Origin: an uncultured Clostridia bacterium
GTDB lineage: Bacteria > Bacillota > Clostridia > Oscillospirales > QAKW01
NCBI GenBank assembly: GCA_944385895.1
Contig: CALWYZ010000007.1
Location: forward strand, 33,489 to 97,488
Direction of reading: 5' to 3'
DNA: 64,000 nucleotides
Positions within the stretch are counted from its first letter, which is position 1, and each line of letters begins with the position of its first letter. The position numbers and the translations under genes are program-made. Of the stretch, positions 50,694-60,685 are shown piece by piece. The notes beneath the pieces were generated by a model, which was not told where the DNA came from, made no database searches, and was given only the letters and a program-made list of their open reading frames with translations.

Positions 50694-52097
50694 TTAAAAG
50701 TTAATTTTTGATTGGATATACCCGCAAAGGTCATCTATTTTAATACGTTCCTGCTGCATGGTATCGCGGTCCCTGACCGTTACGCAGCCGTCCTGCTCGC
50801 TTTCAAAATCATAGGTCACGCAAAACGGTGTGCCGATTTCATCCTGACGGCGATAACGCTTACCGATTGATCCGGCATCATCATAATCTACATTAAAGCT
50901 CTCGGCAAGTTTAGAATAGACTTGAGTTGCCTTGTCTGCCAATTTCTTAGACAACGGTAAGACTGCAGCTTTGACAGGAGCCAGAGCCGGATGCAGTCTT
51001 AAAACTACACGGATGTCCTCTTTGGCTGGATCGTTTGAGATATTTTCCTCGTCATAAGCATCGCACAGAAAAGCCAGAACAACACGATCAGCTCCCAGTG
51101 AAGGCTCAATGACATACGGTACATATTTTTCATTTGTCTCAGCATCAAAATACTCCATAGGCTCCTTTGAATGCTTTGCATGCTGAGTGAGATCATAGTC
51201 GGTACGGTCTGCAATTCCCCAAAGCTCACCCCAACCGAACGGAAAAAGAAATTCAAAGTCGGTAGTTGCTTTTGAGTAGAAACACAGTTCCTCTTTGTCA
51301 TGGTCACGCAGTCTCAGATTTTCTTTTTTAATACCCAGTCCGTACAGCCAATCACGGCAAAAACCGCGCCAGTAATCAAACCACTCCAGATCCGTCCCGG
51401 GCTTGCAGAAAAATTCAAGCTCCATCTGTTCAAATTCACGGGTACGGAATGTAAAATTACCAGGAGTAATCTCATTTCTGAAGGATTTTCCTATCTGTCC
51501 CACACCAAACGGTATTTTTTTGCGGGTTGTACGCTGGATATTTTTAAAATTAACGAATATTCCCTGTGCGGTTTCAGGGCGAAGATAAAGCGTTGAAGAG
51601 GAGTCCTCTGTCACACCCTGAAACGTCTTAAACATAAGATTAAATTTACGTATATCGGTAAAATCTGATGAACCGCAGGCAGGACATACAATATGTTTTT
51701 CTTTTATAAACGAAAACATCTGATCATCGCTCCAACCTGCAGGATTATCGTCAGTTTTGTTTTGTGCGGCATAATCTTCTATAAGCTTGTCCGCACGGTG
51801 CCGGGTTTTGCACACCTTGCAATCCATTAGCGGATCGGAAAATCCTCCCAGATGTCCGGATGCCACCCATGTTTCGGGGTTCATTAAAATTGCGCTGTCC
51901 AATCCGACATTATAAGGACATTGCTGAACAAACTTTTTCCACCATATACGTTTAACGTTGTTTTTAAGCTCCGCGCCCAAAGGCCCGTAGTCCCAGCTAT
52001 TTGCAAGTCCCCCGTATATTTCGCTGCCGGCGTATACAAAGCCCCGGTTTTTACACAACGCTACGATTTTATCCATTGTTTTATCTTTATTGTTCAT
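50694..52097 (-). CDS. glyQS: glycine--tRNA ligase (alpha2 type)
   Basis: [30 protein letters not shown] and [15 protein letters not shown]. Confidence 0.96.
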   Translation of the reverse strand: MNNKDKTMDKIVALCKNRGFVYAGSEIYGGLANSWDYGPLGAELKNNVKRIWWKKFVQQCPYNVGLDSAILMNPETWVASGHLGGFSDPLMDCKVCKTRHRADKLIEDYAAQNKTDDNPAGWSDDQMFSFIKEKHIVCPACGSSDFTDIRKFNLMFKTFQGVTEDSSSTLYLRPETAQGIFVNFKNIQRTTRKKIPFGVGQIGKSFRNEITPGNFTFRTREFEQMELEFFCKPGTDLEWFDYWRGFCRDWLYGLGIKKENLRLRDHDKEELCFYSKATTDFEFLFPFGWGELWGIADRTDYDLTQHAKHSKEPMEYFDAETNEKYVPYVIEPSLGADRVVLAFLCDAYDEENISNDPAKEDIRVVLRLHPALAPVKAAVLPLSKKLADKATQVYSKLAESFNVDYDDAGSIGKRYRRQDEIGTPFCVTYDFESEQDGCVTVRDRDTMQQERIKIDDLCGYIQSKINF

Positions 52098-52129
52098 TTA
52101 AAAACTCCGCTTAAAATATTTTATCTTGT

Positions 52130-52159
52130 ATTATACAACAAAACAAGCCGCCCTGTCAA
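52130..52159 (-). promoter_or_regulatory. sigma-A promoter of glyQS
   Basis: TTGACA-N18-TATAAT on the minus strand. Confidence 0.7.
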
Positions 52160-52212
52160 CTCAAAGACAGACCTGAACTGATATGTTATTGAGCATTGAC
52201 ATATGCATCGAT

Positions 52213-53361
52213 CTAAAGGGCGCTGAGGGTTTCCATCACATATTCTGCAAATTCATCACATGTTGCACCGGTATTTCTGCCCGTAATAACAAGTTTCTTC
52301 TCCGTTTCCGTACAGATTTTCATGGCTTTTGCAAGCTTGTCAGCCCTGTCACCCATTGCAATATGACGTAACAGCATTTCAGATGCCTTAAGCATGCTCG
52401 AAGGATTTGCGTATTTACCGTCGCCGCGTTCTATCATTCTGGGAGCAGAGCCGTGGATTGCTTCAAACATCGCATATCTGTCGCCGATATTAGCGCTGCC
52501 CGCGGTTCCGACACCTCCCTGTATCTGAGCCGCCTCATCTGTTATGATATCACCATATAAATTAGGAAGAACAAATACCTGAAATCTGCTGCGATTGTTT
52601 TCATTTATAAGATTTGCCGTCATGATGTCGATATACCAATCTTCCGCCTCTATCCCCGGATAATCTTTTGCCACCTCGTGACACAGCTCGGAGAACTTAC
52701 CGTCTGTCTTTTTCATGATATTTGCCTTCGTGACGATGGCAACGCTTGTCTTGCCGTTATTTTTTGCATACTCAAATGCCGCGCGCGCAATGCGGCGGGT
52801 TCCGGCGTTTGTCGTCACCTTGAAGTCCATCGCAAGCTTTTGAGGTATCTCGACTCCGCGGCTTCCTAAAACATACTCACCCTCAGTATTTTCACGGTAG
52901 AAGATCCAGTCAATACCATACTGAGGAACACTGACAGGCCGCACATTTGCATAGAGGTCAAGCTCGCGGCGCATTGCGACGTTTGCGCTCTCCATTGACC
53001 CTCCCTTGGGAGTTGTAGTCGGTCCCTTAAGAATTACATCACACGCTTTAATCTGCTCTAATACATCATCAGGTATGGCTTTGCCGCAGGCTAAGCGGTT
53101 TTCTATCGTGAGGCCTTCAATAACGCGCATTTCCACTCTGCCTGACTTGATCTCATCATCAAGCAAATACTCCAATACCCGCTGTGCACCATTAGTGATT
53201 ATAGGGCCTATACCGTCTCCACCGCAGGTTCCTATAATTATTTTATCGGCATTTTTAAAATCCTTTACAAAATTATCCTTCTCCATTTTATTCTGCCGCG
53301 CAAGCTGCTCTGTTATCAACGTTCTGAATTGCTCGACTGCATTATCAATATATTTATCCAT
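52213..53361 (-). CDS. icd: isocitrate dehydrogenase (isocitrate/isopropylmalate family)
   Basis: GDGIGP, LKGP.TTP, RENTEGEY, PNLYGDI and FEAIHGSAP; follows aconitase. Confidence 0.85.
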   Translation of the reverse strand: MDKYIDNAVEQFRTLITEQLARQNKMEKDNFVKDFKNADKIIIGTCGGDGIGPIITNGAQRVLEYLLDDEIKSGRVEMRVIEGLTIENRLACGKAIPDDVLEQIKACDVILKGPTTTPKGGSMESANVAMRRELDLYANVRPVSVPQYGIDWIFYRENTEGEYVLGSRGVEIPQKLAMDFKVTTNAGTRRIARAAFEYAKNNGKTSVAIVTKANIMKKTDGKFSELCHEVAKDYPGIEAEDWYIDIMTANLINENNRSRFQVFVLPNLYGDIITDEAAQIQGGVGTAGSANIGDRYAMFEAIHGSAPRMIERGDGKYANPSSMLKASEMLLRHIAMGDRADKLAKAMKICTETEKKLVITGRNTGATCDEFAEYVMETLSAL

Positions 53362-53362
53362 T

Positions 53363-55294
53363 TTATTTTCCCTCTTTCTTTGTATAGCTTAAAAGTCCGC
53401 CTGCCTTTAATATTTCTTTCTGTCTGTCAGTAAAATTACAAACAAGCGGTATTTTATCACCTGTAGTTTCATTGATAAGCGTCATCTCACCGCTGTCCAT
53501 GCCGTCGAAAACACCATCAATAGACAACATATCACCCTGGCTGAGTTTTTCATAATCGTCAGGGTTTTTAAATGTAAGCGGCATGATTCCTGCGTTGATT
53601 AGGTTTGCTATATGAATACGGGCAAAGCTTTTAGTGATTACAACACGCACGCCCAGATACAAAGGTACAAGCGCCGCATGTTCTCTTGACGAGCCCTGAC
53701 CGTAGTTTGTACCGCCTACTATAATACTTTTCCCGGCTGCTTTTGCGCGTTCAGGAAAACTCTTGTCACATACTCCAAAACAAAACTGAGAAAGGTATGG
53801 GATATTAGAGCGGTATGGCAATATCTTAGCACCTGCAGGCATGATATGGTCGGTAGTTATATTATCGCCTACCTTAAGGATAAGCGGGGCTTTTACCGAA
53901 TCGGTCTGAGGAATACTGTCCGGAAATTTCTTGATATTTGGACCGCGAAGTATCTCAAGGGATTTTGCCTCTTCAGCAGATGCAGGAGGTATGATCGCAC
54001 TGTCGTCTATACGGAATTTGTCCGGAAAATCTATCTTTATGTCCATTCCGAGCGTTGTCGGATCAGTTATCTGTCCGGTAAGTGCCGCTGCAACAGCAGT
54101 CTCGGGAGACACAAGATAAACCTTACCGTCGGCTGTACCGCTTCTGCCCTCAAAATTACGATTGAAGGTACGCAAAGATACTCCACCGGAGTTTGGTGAA
54201 AACCCCATGCCTATACAAGGTCCGCATGCACATTCCAAAATACGCGCACCGGAAGCAATAATATCGGTAAGCGCGCCGCAGTCTGCAAGCATCGCAAGTA
54301 CCTGCTTGGAGCCCGGAGAAATAGATAAACTGACATACGGTGAAATTGTCCTGCCCTTAAGCATCGCAGCAACTTTCAGCATATCAAGCAAAGATGAATT
54401 CGTACATGAACCTATACACACCTGATCAACCTTTGTGCCCTTGAGACTTTCGACCGTAACAACATTATCCGGCATATGCGGCTTGGCTATAAGCGGCTTA
54501 AGTTCAGATAAATCTATGTCTATAACACGGTCATAGACCGCATCTGAGTCACTTGAAAGAGGTATGTAGTCCTGTTCTCTTCCTTCTGCCTTTAAAAATT
54601 CACGGGTCGTCTCGTCAGACGGGAATATAGAAGTGGTAGCACCCAGCTCCGTACCCATATTGGTAATTGTAGCACGCTCCGGCACAGAAAGAGTTTTTAC
54701 TCCTTCTCCTCCCCACTCAATTATGTATCCGACACCGCCTTTTACCGACAGTATGCGCAGTATTTCAAGACTTACATCCTTAGCCGTGACAAAAGGCCGA
54801 AGTTTGCCCGTGAGATTTACTTTAATCATTTTGGGCATTGTAATGTAGTATGCACCGCCGCCCATGGCGACCGCAACATCAAGACCGCCGGCACCGAATG
54901 CAAGCATGCCTATACCGCCGCCCGTAGGGGTATGACTATCTGAACCGATAAGAGTTTTACCGGGAATGCCGAATCTTTCAAGATGTACCTGATGACAGAT
55001 ACCGTTGCCGGGGCGTGAAAAATATATGCCGTATTTTTTCGCCACAGATTGAATATAGCGGTGATCGTCCGCATTTTCAAAACCGGACTGGAGAGTGTTA
55101 TGATCTATATATGCAACAGAACGCTCAGTACGTACACGGTCTATACCCATAGTCTCAAATTCAAGATATGCCATGGTACCGGTTGCATCCTGCGTCAGTG
55201 TCTGATCAATTTTCAAAGCTATTTCTTTACCCGGTATCATCTCACCGCTTATAAGATGATTCTTAATAATTTTTTGTGCAATTGTAAGGCCCAT
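53363..55294 (-). CDS. acn: aconitate hydratase
   Basis: QDATG, GSDSHT, IGSCTNSS, CGPCIG, ITTDHI and GSSREHAA. ATG 55294 follows AAGGAG. Confidence 0.92.
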   Translation of the reverse strand: MGLTIAQKIIKNHLISGEMIPGKEIALKIDQTLTQDATGTMAYLEFETMGIDRVRTERSVAYIDHNTLQSGFENADDHRYIQSVAKKYGIYFSRPGNGICHQVHLERFGIPGKTLIGSDSHTPTGGGIGMLAFGAGGLDVAVAMGGGAYYITMPKMIKVNLTGKLRPFVTAKDVSLEILRILSVKGGVGYIIEWGGEGVKTLSVPERATITNMGTELGATTSIFPSDETTREFLKAEGREQDYIPLSSDSDAVYDRVIDIDLSELKPLIAKPHMPDNVVTVESLKGTKVDQVCIGSCTNSSLLDMLKVAAMLKGRTISPYVSLSISPGSKQVLAMLADCGALTDIIASGARILECACGPCIGMGFSPNSGGVSLRTFNRNFEGRSGTADGKVYLVSPETAVAAALTGQITDPTTLGMDIKIDFPDKFRIDDSAIIPPASAEEAKSLEILRGPNIKKFPDSIPQTDSVKAPLILKVGDNITTDHIMPAGAKILPYRSNIPYLSQFCFGVCDKSFPERAKAAGKSIIVGGTNYGQGSSREHAALVPLYLGVRVVITKSFARIHIANLINAGIMPLTFKNPDDYEKLSQGDMLSIDGVFDGMDSGEMTLINETTGDKIPLVCNFTDRQKEILKAGGLLSYTKKEGK

Positions 55295-55298
55295 CGTT

Positions 55299-55961
55299 TT
55301 ATATCTCCTTTTCAAGTATACTGTCGCGCGCTCTTGTGGCGTGCTCTATAGTCAACTTCTGAGCAAGCTCGGGATCATGGTGTTCAAGTGCATGGTAAAT
55401 GCCTTCATGCTCATTAAGCGACTGTCTTGCTCGGCTGTGGCTTTTCATCGACGCTTTTCGGTATTTTATCATTTTTTTGTGTATGGGCAAAAGCGTGTCA
55501 TAATATGCCTTGCTGCCGCTGAATATATACAACAGACGATGAAACTCAGAATCAAGATTTTTTATATTATCCGAATTATCCGAGTTATCAGCATCTGTCT
55601 TATCAACATAATAACGCTGAAGATCCAATACCTCTTTCATCTTTGACAGACCGTCATCGGTTATGCTGCGCGCCGTACGTGCCGCGGCAAGCCCCTCCAG
55701 ATGCATGCGTATTTCATACATATCGAAAAGGTCCTCCTTGGAAATACCGATAACGACTGCTCCGCGGCTGGTCTCCTCTATTATATGTTCCTGTTCAAGC
55801 CTGCGAATAGCCTCGCGTATCGGTGTGCGTGAAACTCCCAGTGTTTCTGAAAGTTTAAGCTCAGTCAAAATTTCTCCTCGCTGATATTTACCTATTAGAA
55901 TATCATGCTCAAGCTGTTCAAAAATCTGGTCTGCTATTGAAATACTTTTATGTTCTTTCAT
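55299..55961 (-). CDS. GntR (FadR subfamily) regulator
   Basis: LGVSRTPIREA winged helix plus FCD domain (EFH...EH..I). Confidence 0.92.
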   Translation of the reverse strand: MKEHKSISIADQIFEQLEHDILIGKYQRGEILTELKLSETLGVSRTPIREAIRRLEQEHIIEETSRGAVVIGISKEDLFDMYEIRMHLEGLAAARTARSITDDGLSKMKEVLDLQRYYVDKTDADNSDNSDNIKNLDSEFHRLLYIFSGSKAYYDTLLPIHKKMIKYRKASMKSHSRARQSLNEHEGIYHALEHHDPELAQKLTIEHATRARDSILEKEI

Positions 55962-55974
55962 GATAAATCCCTCT

Positions 55975-57351
55975 CTATACGCGCTTGTACTTTCCGCCGG
56001 AAAGCTGCTCTATTTTAAGCTCCAGCTCTTCATTTGAAAGCGATGTGGTACGTCCGCTCTCATATTCTTTGTCTACCCACTCTTTAAGTGCCGCAACAAG
56101 AGGATCGCGCTTATCTATCATATTTTCACCCGTCAGGTCAAAATTCTGATTTATCCAATAGGCGATACCCGCCAGTCCTGATGTTTTGCTGATCATAACA
56201 GAGGCAGGTCTGTTAAGGAGCTTTTTAGTATCAAATATATTGTATATCTCCTCATCCTTCAAAAGACCGTCAGCATGTATTCCCGCACGTGTCACATTAA
56301 AATTCTTTCCTACAAACGGGGTCATGGGCGGTATCTTATAGCCTATATTATGCTTAAAGTACTCGGCAATTTCCGTTATCACGGTCGGATTCATACCGTC
56401 AAGCGAGCCGCGCAAAGAAGCATACTCAAAAACCATCGCCTCCAACGGCACATTTCCTGTACGTTCACCAATTCCCAAAAGCGAGCAGTTAACGCCTGAC
56501 GCACCGTACAACCACGCGGTAGACGCATTTGCAACCGCCTTGTAAAAATCATTATGTCCGTGCCATTCCAAAAGCTCACTCTTAACATCTGCATAATGCT
56601 GAAGTCCGTAAACAATTCCCGGAACACTTCTTGGTAGGTCTACCTCAGGATACGGAACCCCATAACCCATTGTGTCGCAAGCACGTATACGCACAGGTAT
56701 CTTGGCCTCGTTGGACAGCCTCATAAGCTCGTTTACAAAAGGAACAACAAAACCGTAAAAATCCGCACGAGTAATATCTTCCAGATGACAGCGCGGCATA
56801 ACACCTGCTTCAAACGCTTCCTTGACTGTTGCAAGATAATGATCCATTGCCTGAGCACGTGTCATTTTCATTTTTTTAAAAATATGATAGTCGCTGCAGC
56901 TGACAAGTATCCCGGTCTCCCGTATTCCAAGATCACGAACCAGTTTAAAATCCTCCCGGCTTGCACGTATCCATGTAGTGATCTCAGGAAATTTAAGCCC
57001 CAGATCCATACACCGCTCCAAAGCCTCTCTGTCTTTTTTGCTGTAAATAAAAAACTCTGTTTGCCGGATTATACCGTACGGCCCGCCAAGCTTTGACATA
57101 AGCTTATAAAGGTCTACTATTTGATCTGCAGTATACGGATTTACCGATTGCTGTCCGTCTCTGAACGACGTATCGGTTATCCATATATCCTCAGGCATTG
57201 AAAGCGGCACACGCCGATGGTTAAATGCGACTTTCGGCACCTCTTCATAATTATATATATCACGGTATAAATTTGGTTTGTCAACATCCTGAAGATTATA
57301 TTTGTAACTGTTTTGCTCCAAAAGATTGGATTTTGGTGAAATCTCAAGCAT
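55975..57351 (-). CDS. Re-citrate synthase (DRE-TIM family)
   Basis: ITDTSFRDGQQ, HGHNDF and GERTGN; heads the aconitase/IDH operon. ATG 57351 follows GAGGAG. Confidence 0.8.
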   Translation of the reverse strand: MLEISPKSNLLEQNSYKYNLQDVDKPNLYRDIYNYEEVPKVAFNHRRVPLSMPEDIWITDTSFRDGQQSVNPYTADQIVDLYKLMSKLGGPYGIIRQTEFFIYSKKDREALERCMDLGLKFPEITTWIRASREDFKLVRDLGIRETGILVSCSDYHIFKKMKMTRAQAMDHYLATVKEAFEAGVMPRCHLEDITRADFYGFVVPFVNELMRLSNEAKIPVRIRACDTMGYGVPYPEVDLPRSVPGIVYGLQHYADVKSELLEWHGHNDFYKAVANASTAWLYGASGVNCSLLGIGERTGNVPLEAMVFEYASLRGSLDGMNPTVITEIAEYFKHNIGYKIPPMTPFVGKNFNVTRAGIHADGLLKDEEIYNIFDTKKLLNRPASVMISKTSGLAGIAYWINQNFDLTGENMIDKRDPLVAALKEWVDKEYESGRTTSLSNEELELKIEQLSGGKYKRV

Positions 57352-57382
57352 CTTTATTCTCCTCTTTAGGAATATATGTATT

Positions 57383-57394
57383 ATTGTATACAAT
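57383..57394. promoter_or_regulatory. putative GntR operator
   Basis: Palindrome ATTGTATACAAT upstream of the citrate synthase gene. Confidence 0.6.
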
Positions 57395-57449
57395 TATACC
57401 ATGGCTATTTTCTTTTGTCTATATAATTTTAAATTTTTTTAAAATGCTA

Positions 57450-57486
57450 TTGACTTTTACACGCTAAAGCGATATCATGTTAAAGT
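57450..57486 (+). promoter_or_regulatory. his operon promoter with HisR-like operator
   Basis: TTGACT-N17-TATCAT overlapped by ACTTTT-ACACGC-TAAAGC, which resembles ACTTTA-N6-TAAAGT. Confidence 0.55.
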
Positions 57487-57511
57487 AAATCTGATAAACG
57501 GAGTAAGTAAA

Positions 57512-57817
57512 ATGGATGTTTTTCATACAGAGGGTGCTAAACTTTTAATAGACGGACTTATGTCTCTTGAAACCAAAGAGGAATACGCTGCCTTTTTAGA
57601 AGATTTGCTTACCACAAAAGAGATGCTGGATATGTCGCAAAGAATTATGGTGGCAAAGCTTTTGACAGAAAAAAAAGTATACAATAAAATCGCAGAAGAG
57701 ACAGGGGCAAGTTCCGCTACGATCAGTCGCGTAAACCGTGCTTTCACTTATGGTAAAGACGGTTATAAAACTGTATTCAAAAGACTGAAAGGAAACAATA
57801 AAAATGACACTGAATGA
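57512..57817 (+). CDS. TrpR-like YerC/HisR regulator
   Basis: FLEDLLT.KE...SQR..VA and TGASSATISRVNR...YG.DGY; first gene of the his operon. Confidence 0.88.
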   Translation: MDVFHTEGAKLLIDGLMSLETKEEYAAFLEDLLTTKEMLDMSQRIMVAKLLTEKKVYNKIAEETGASSATISRVNRAFTYGKDGYKTVFKRLKGNNKNDTE

Positions 57818-58769
57818 CAATGAGCTTTTACCGTCCGAGCGTGCGGTGTACACGTTACGCCAGCTTTATCTCAGCTATGGATATAAACGTTATAAAGTCA
57901 GCAAATTTGAAGAATATGATTTATATGCACAAAACAAAAGTTTTTTAACCGATAAAAGCATACTTACATTCACTGATACGGATGGACGCCTGATGGCGCT
58001 CAAACCGGATATAACTTTATCAATAATAAAAAATATCAAGGATACACAAGGAACACAAAAAGTTTTTTATAATGAATGCGTATACCGTGCCAGTGACAGC
58101 GGTTTCAGAGAACTTATGCAAACCGGACTTGAGTGTATAGGGGATATTGAACTTAGCTTAACGGCTGAGGTAATATCTCTTGCATACAAAAGTCTTGAAC
58201 GCATCGGTGAAAACTTTCTTATTGACATATCACATATGGGATTCACCATGGGTCTTATAGACGCTATAACTGAAGACAGTAATATAAAAGCACAGCTGAT
58301 GCTTGCAGTACAAGCTAAAAGCTATGATGAGGTTAAAGAGATATGCGCCCAAACAAAAGCCGGCGATAGATTTTCAAACGCGCTTGCCCGGGCATGCGTT
58401 CTTTACGGCCGGCCGAGCGACATTCTAAAAGAAGCACGTGACATTTCGGTAAATGCTCAAACAAACGCTGCTCTGGACGATCTTGAAGGCATAGTAAACA
58501 TTATGAGCGAAAACGGGCTTACAAAAAATTTAAGGCTGGATTTTTCTATTTTGAATGATACAAATTATTATAACGGGATAATTTTCAAAGGCTTTATTGA
58601 CGGTATCCCTCAAAGCGTACTTTCCGGCGGACGCTATGACAGCTTACTTGAAAAACTCGGCAAAAACCAGGGAGCAATCGGCTTTGCCGTTTATCTTGAC
58701 AGTCTTGACAGACTGTTAATGAGTAAAGATACATCCGCAACCGACGGAGGTGATAGCATTGTCGGATAA
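57804..58769 (+). CDS. hisZ: ATP phosphoribosyltransferase regulatory subunit
   Basis: LKPDITLSI, QTGLECIG, YYNGIIF and SGGRYD. Confidence 0.9.
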   Translation: MTLNDNELLPSERAVYTLRQLYLSYGYKRYKVSKFEEYDLYAQNKSFLTDKSILTFTDTDGRLMALKPDITLSIIKNIKDTQGTQKVFYNECVYRASDSGFRELMQTGLECIGDIELSLTAEVISLAYKSLERIGENFLIDISHMGFTMGLIDAITEDSNIKAQLMLAVQAKSYDEVKEICAQTKAGDRFSNALARACVLYGRPSDILKEARDISVNAQTNAALDDLEGIVNIMSENGLTKNLRLDFSILNDTNYYNGIIFKGFIDGIPQSVLSGGRYDSLLEKLGKNQGAIGFAVYLDSLDRLLMSKDTSATDGGDSIVG

Positions 58770-59406
58770 TTATGTAAATATAGCTCTGCCCAAAGGCAGA
58801 CTGGGAGAATCAGCATATGCTATTTTTGAAAATGCCGGCTATGATTGTCCTGATATCCATAAGCAAAACCGCAAACTTATTTTTGAAAATGCGCAGAATC
58901 TTGTGCGTTATTTTTGGGTAAAGCCGTCTGATGTGGCAATTTATGTTGAAAAAGGTGCCGCAGATATCGGAATAGTCGGTAAAGATATTTTGCTTGAATA
59001 TCGTCCGGACGTATATGAATTATGTGATCTTCATATAGGTATATGCCGTATGGCAGTTGCTGCAAAGCAGAATTTTACGGATAATCCAGATATGGTCTTG
59101 AGAGTTGCCACAAAATTTCCCGGCATTGCAAAACACTACTACGCCGAAAAAAGCCGCGAAATTGAAATCATAAAGCTCAACGGATCTATAGAGCTTGCAC
59201 CACTCCTAGGACTTTCAGATGTTATCGTAGATATTGTAGAAACCGGTAAGACGCTTGCAGAAAACGGACTTGTTGCATATGAGACAGTAGCACCCATAAG
59301 TGCAAGACTTATATCAAATAAAGTAAGCTATAAATTTAAAAATACCGCAATAACACAGATCAGCAAAAAAATAAGTAATATATGTAAGGAAAATATCGAT
59401 GATTAA
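58759..59406 (+). CDS. hisG: ATP phosphoribosyltransferase (short form)
   Basis: IALPKGRL, VATKFP and GSIELAP...DIVETGKTL. TTG 58759 follows GGAGG. Confidence 0.95.
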   Translation: MSDNYVNIALPKGRLGESAYAIFENAGYDCPDIHKQNRKLIFENAQNLVRYFWVKPSDVAIYVEKGAADIGIVGKDILLEYRPDVYELCDLHIGICRMAVAAKQNFTDNPDMVLRVATKFPGIAKHYYAEKSREIEIIKLNGSIELAPLLGLSDVIVDIVETGKTLAENGLVAYETVAPISARLISNKVSYKFKNTAITQISKKISNICKENIDD

Positions 59407-60685
59407 AATACTTAAATATAATGAAACAGACAAAAAAGATTTATTTTTGCGAGACAGTGGGAAGACACTCATAAGCGACACCGTAAATGATATTATCCGT
59501 GACGTGCGCAAACGCAAAGACAGTGCACTGTTTGAATATACTTTAAAATTTGATAAGGCACAATTAAAAGAGCTTGAGGTGTCAAACTCTGAAATTGAAA
59601 ATGCTGTAAAAAGCGTTTCTCCAAAACTTTTAAAGGTTATGGAGCGTGCATCAGACAACATCAGAGCTTTTCATAAAAATCAAGTTCGTCCGGGCTTTAT
59701 AACAAACGGAAAAGACGGTGTTATAAGTGGTCAGCGCGTTCTTCCCATAGAGAGAGTAGGGCTTTATGTTCCGGGCGGTACAGCGGCATATCCTTCGTCT
59801 GTGCTGATGAATTGTATACCCGCCGTTATTGCAGGCTGTGAGCTTATAGTTATGACAACGCCTCCGTCGTCGGACGGCACGGTTAATCCTGCCATACTTG
59901 CAGCGGCAAAAATTGCCGGAGTTCAACGTATTTTCAAAGTTGGCGGGGCGCAGGCAGTGGCAGCTCTTGCGTACGGAACTCAGACGATCCCATGCGTAGA
60001 TAAGATCGTGGGACCAGGCAATGCGTATGTTGCAGAAGCAAAACGACAGGTTTTTGGCAAAGTAGCTATTGACATGATAGCCGGACCAAGCGAAATACTC
60101 ATAGTAGCAGATGACAGCTGCAATCCGGAATACGTAGCTGCCGACCTTTTGTCCCAGGCAGAACACGACAAAATGGCAAGCGCCGTACTTGTAACTGACA
60201 GTCAAAGGCTTGCCGATTCCGTGTCAAATGCGATTGAAAGACAAATACCCCGGCTTTTACGTGCCGATATTGCCCGTGCTTCTATAGACAACAATGGTAA
60301 AATAATTATTGCAGACAGCCTTTGGGCTGCCGTGGATATTGCAAACGAACTTGCTCCTGAACATCTGGAAATCTGCACAGACAATCCTTTTGACTATTTA
60401 AGCAGTATTAAAAATGCAGGTTCTGTATTTTTGGGGAAATATTGTCCTGAAGCTGTAGGCGACTATTTTGCAGGCCCCAATCACACACTTCCTACAAGCG
60501 GTACAGCACGGTTTTCAAGTCCACTGTCAGTGGATGATTTTGTCAAAAAAACACAATATACATACTACACTGAAGACGGTCTTAACAAAATAGCATACGA
60601 TATTGATACTTTCGCAAAAGCAGAGGGTCTTACTGCTCATGCAAAAAGTGTAACTATCCGTTTTGAAGGAAGTGAAAACAAATGA
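59399..60685 (+). CDS. hisD: histidinol dehydrogenase
   Basis: GLYVPGG, GPGNAYV, IDMIAGPSE, SQAEHD and APEHLE. Confidence 0.97.
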   Translation: MIKILKYNETDKKDLFLRDSGKTLISDTVNDIIRDVRKRKDSALFEYTLKFDKAQLKELEVSNSEIENAVKSVSPKLLKVMERASDNIRAFHKNQVRPGFITNGKDGVISGQRVLPIERVGLYVPGGTAAYPSSVLMNCIPAVIAGCELIVMTTPPSSDGTVNPAILAAAKIAGVQRIFKVGGAQAVAALAYGTQTIPCVDKIVGPGNAYVAEAKRQVFGKVAIDMIAGPSEILIVADDSCNPEYVAADLLSQAEHDKMASAVLVTDSQRLADSVSNAIERQIPRLLRADIARASIDNNGKIIIADSLWAAVDIANELAPEHLEICTDNPFDYLSSIKNAGSVFLGKYCPEAVGDYFAGPNHTLPTSGTARFSSPLSVDDFVKKTQYTYYTEDGLNKIAYDIDTFAKAEGLTAHAKSVTIRFEGSENK

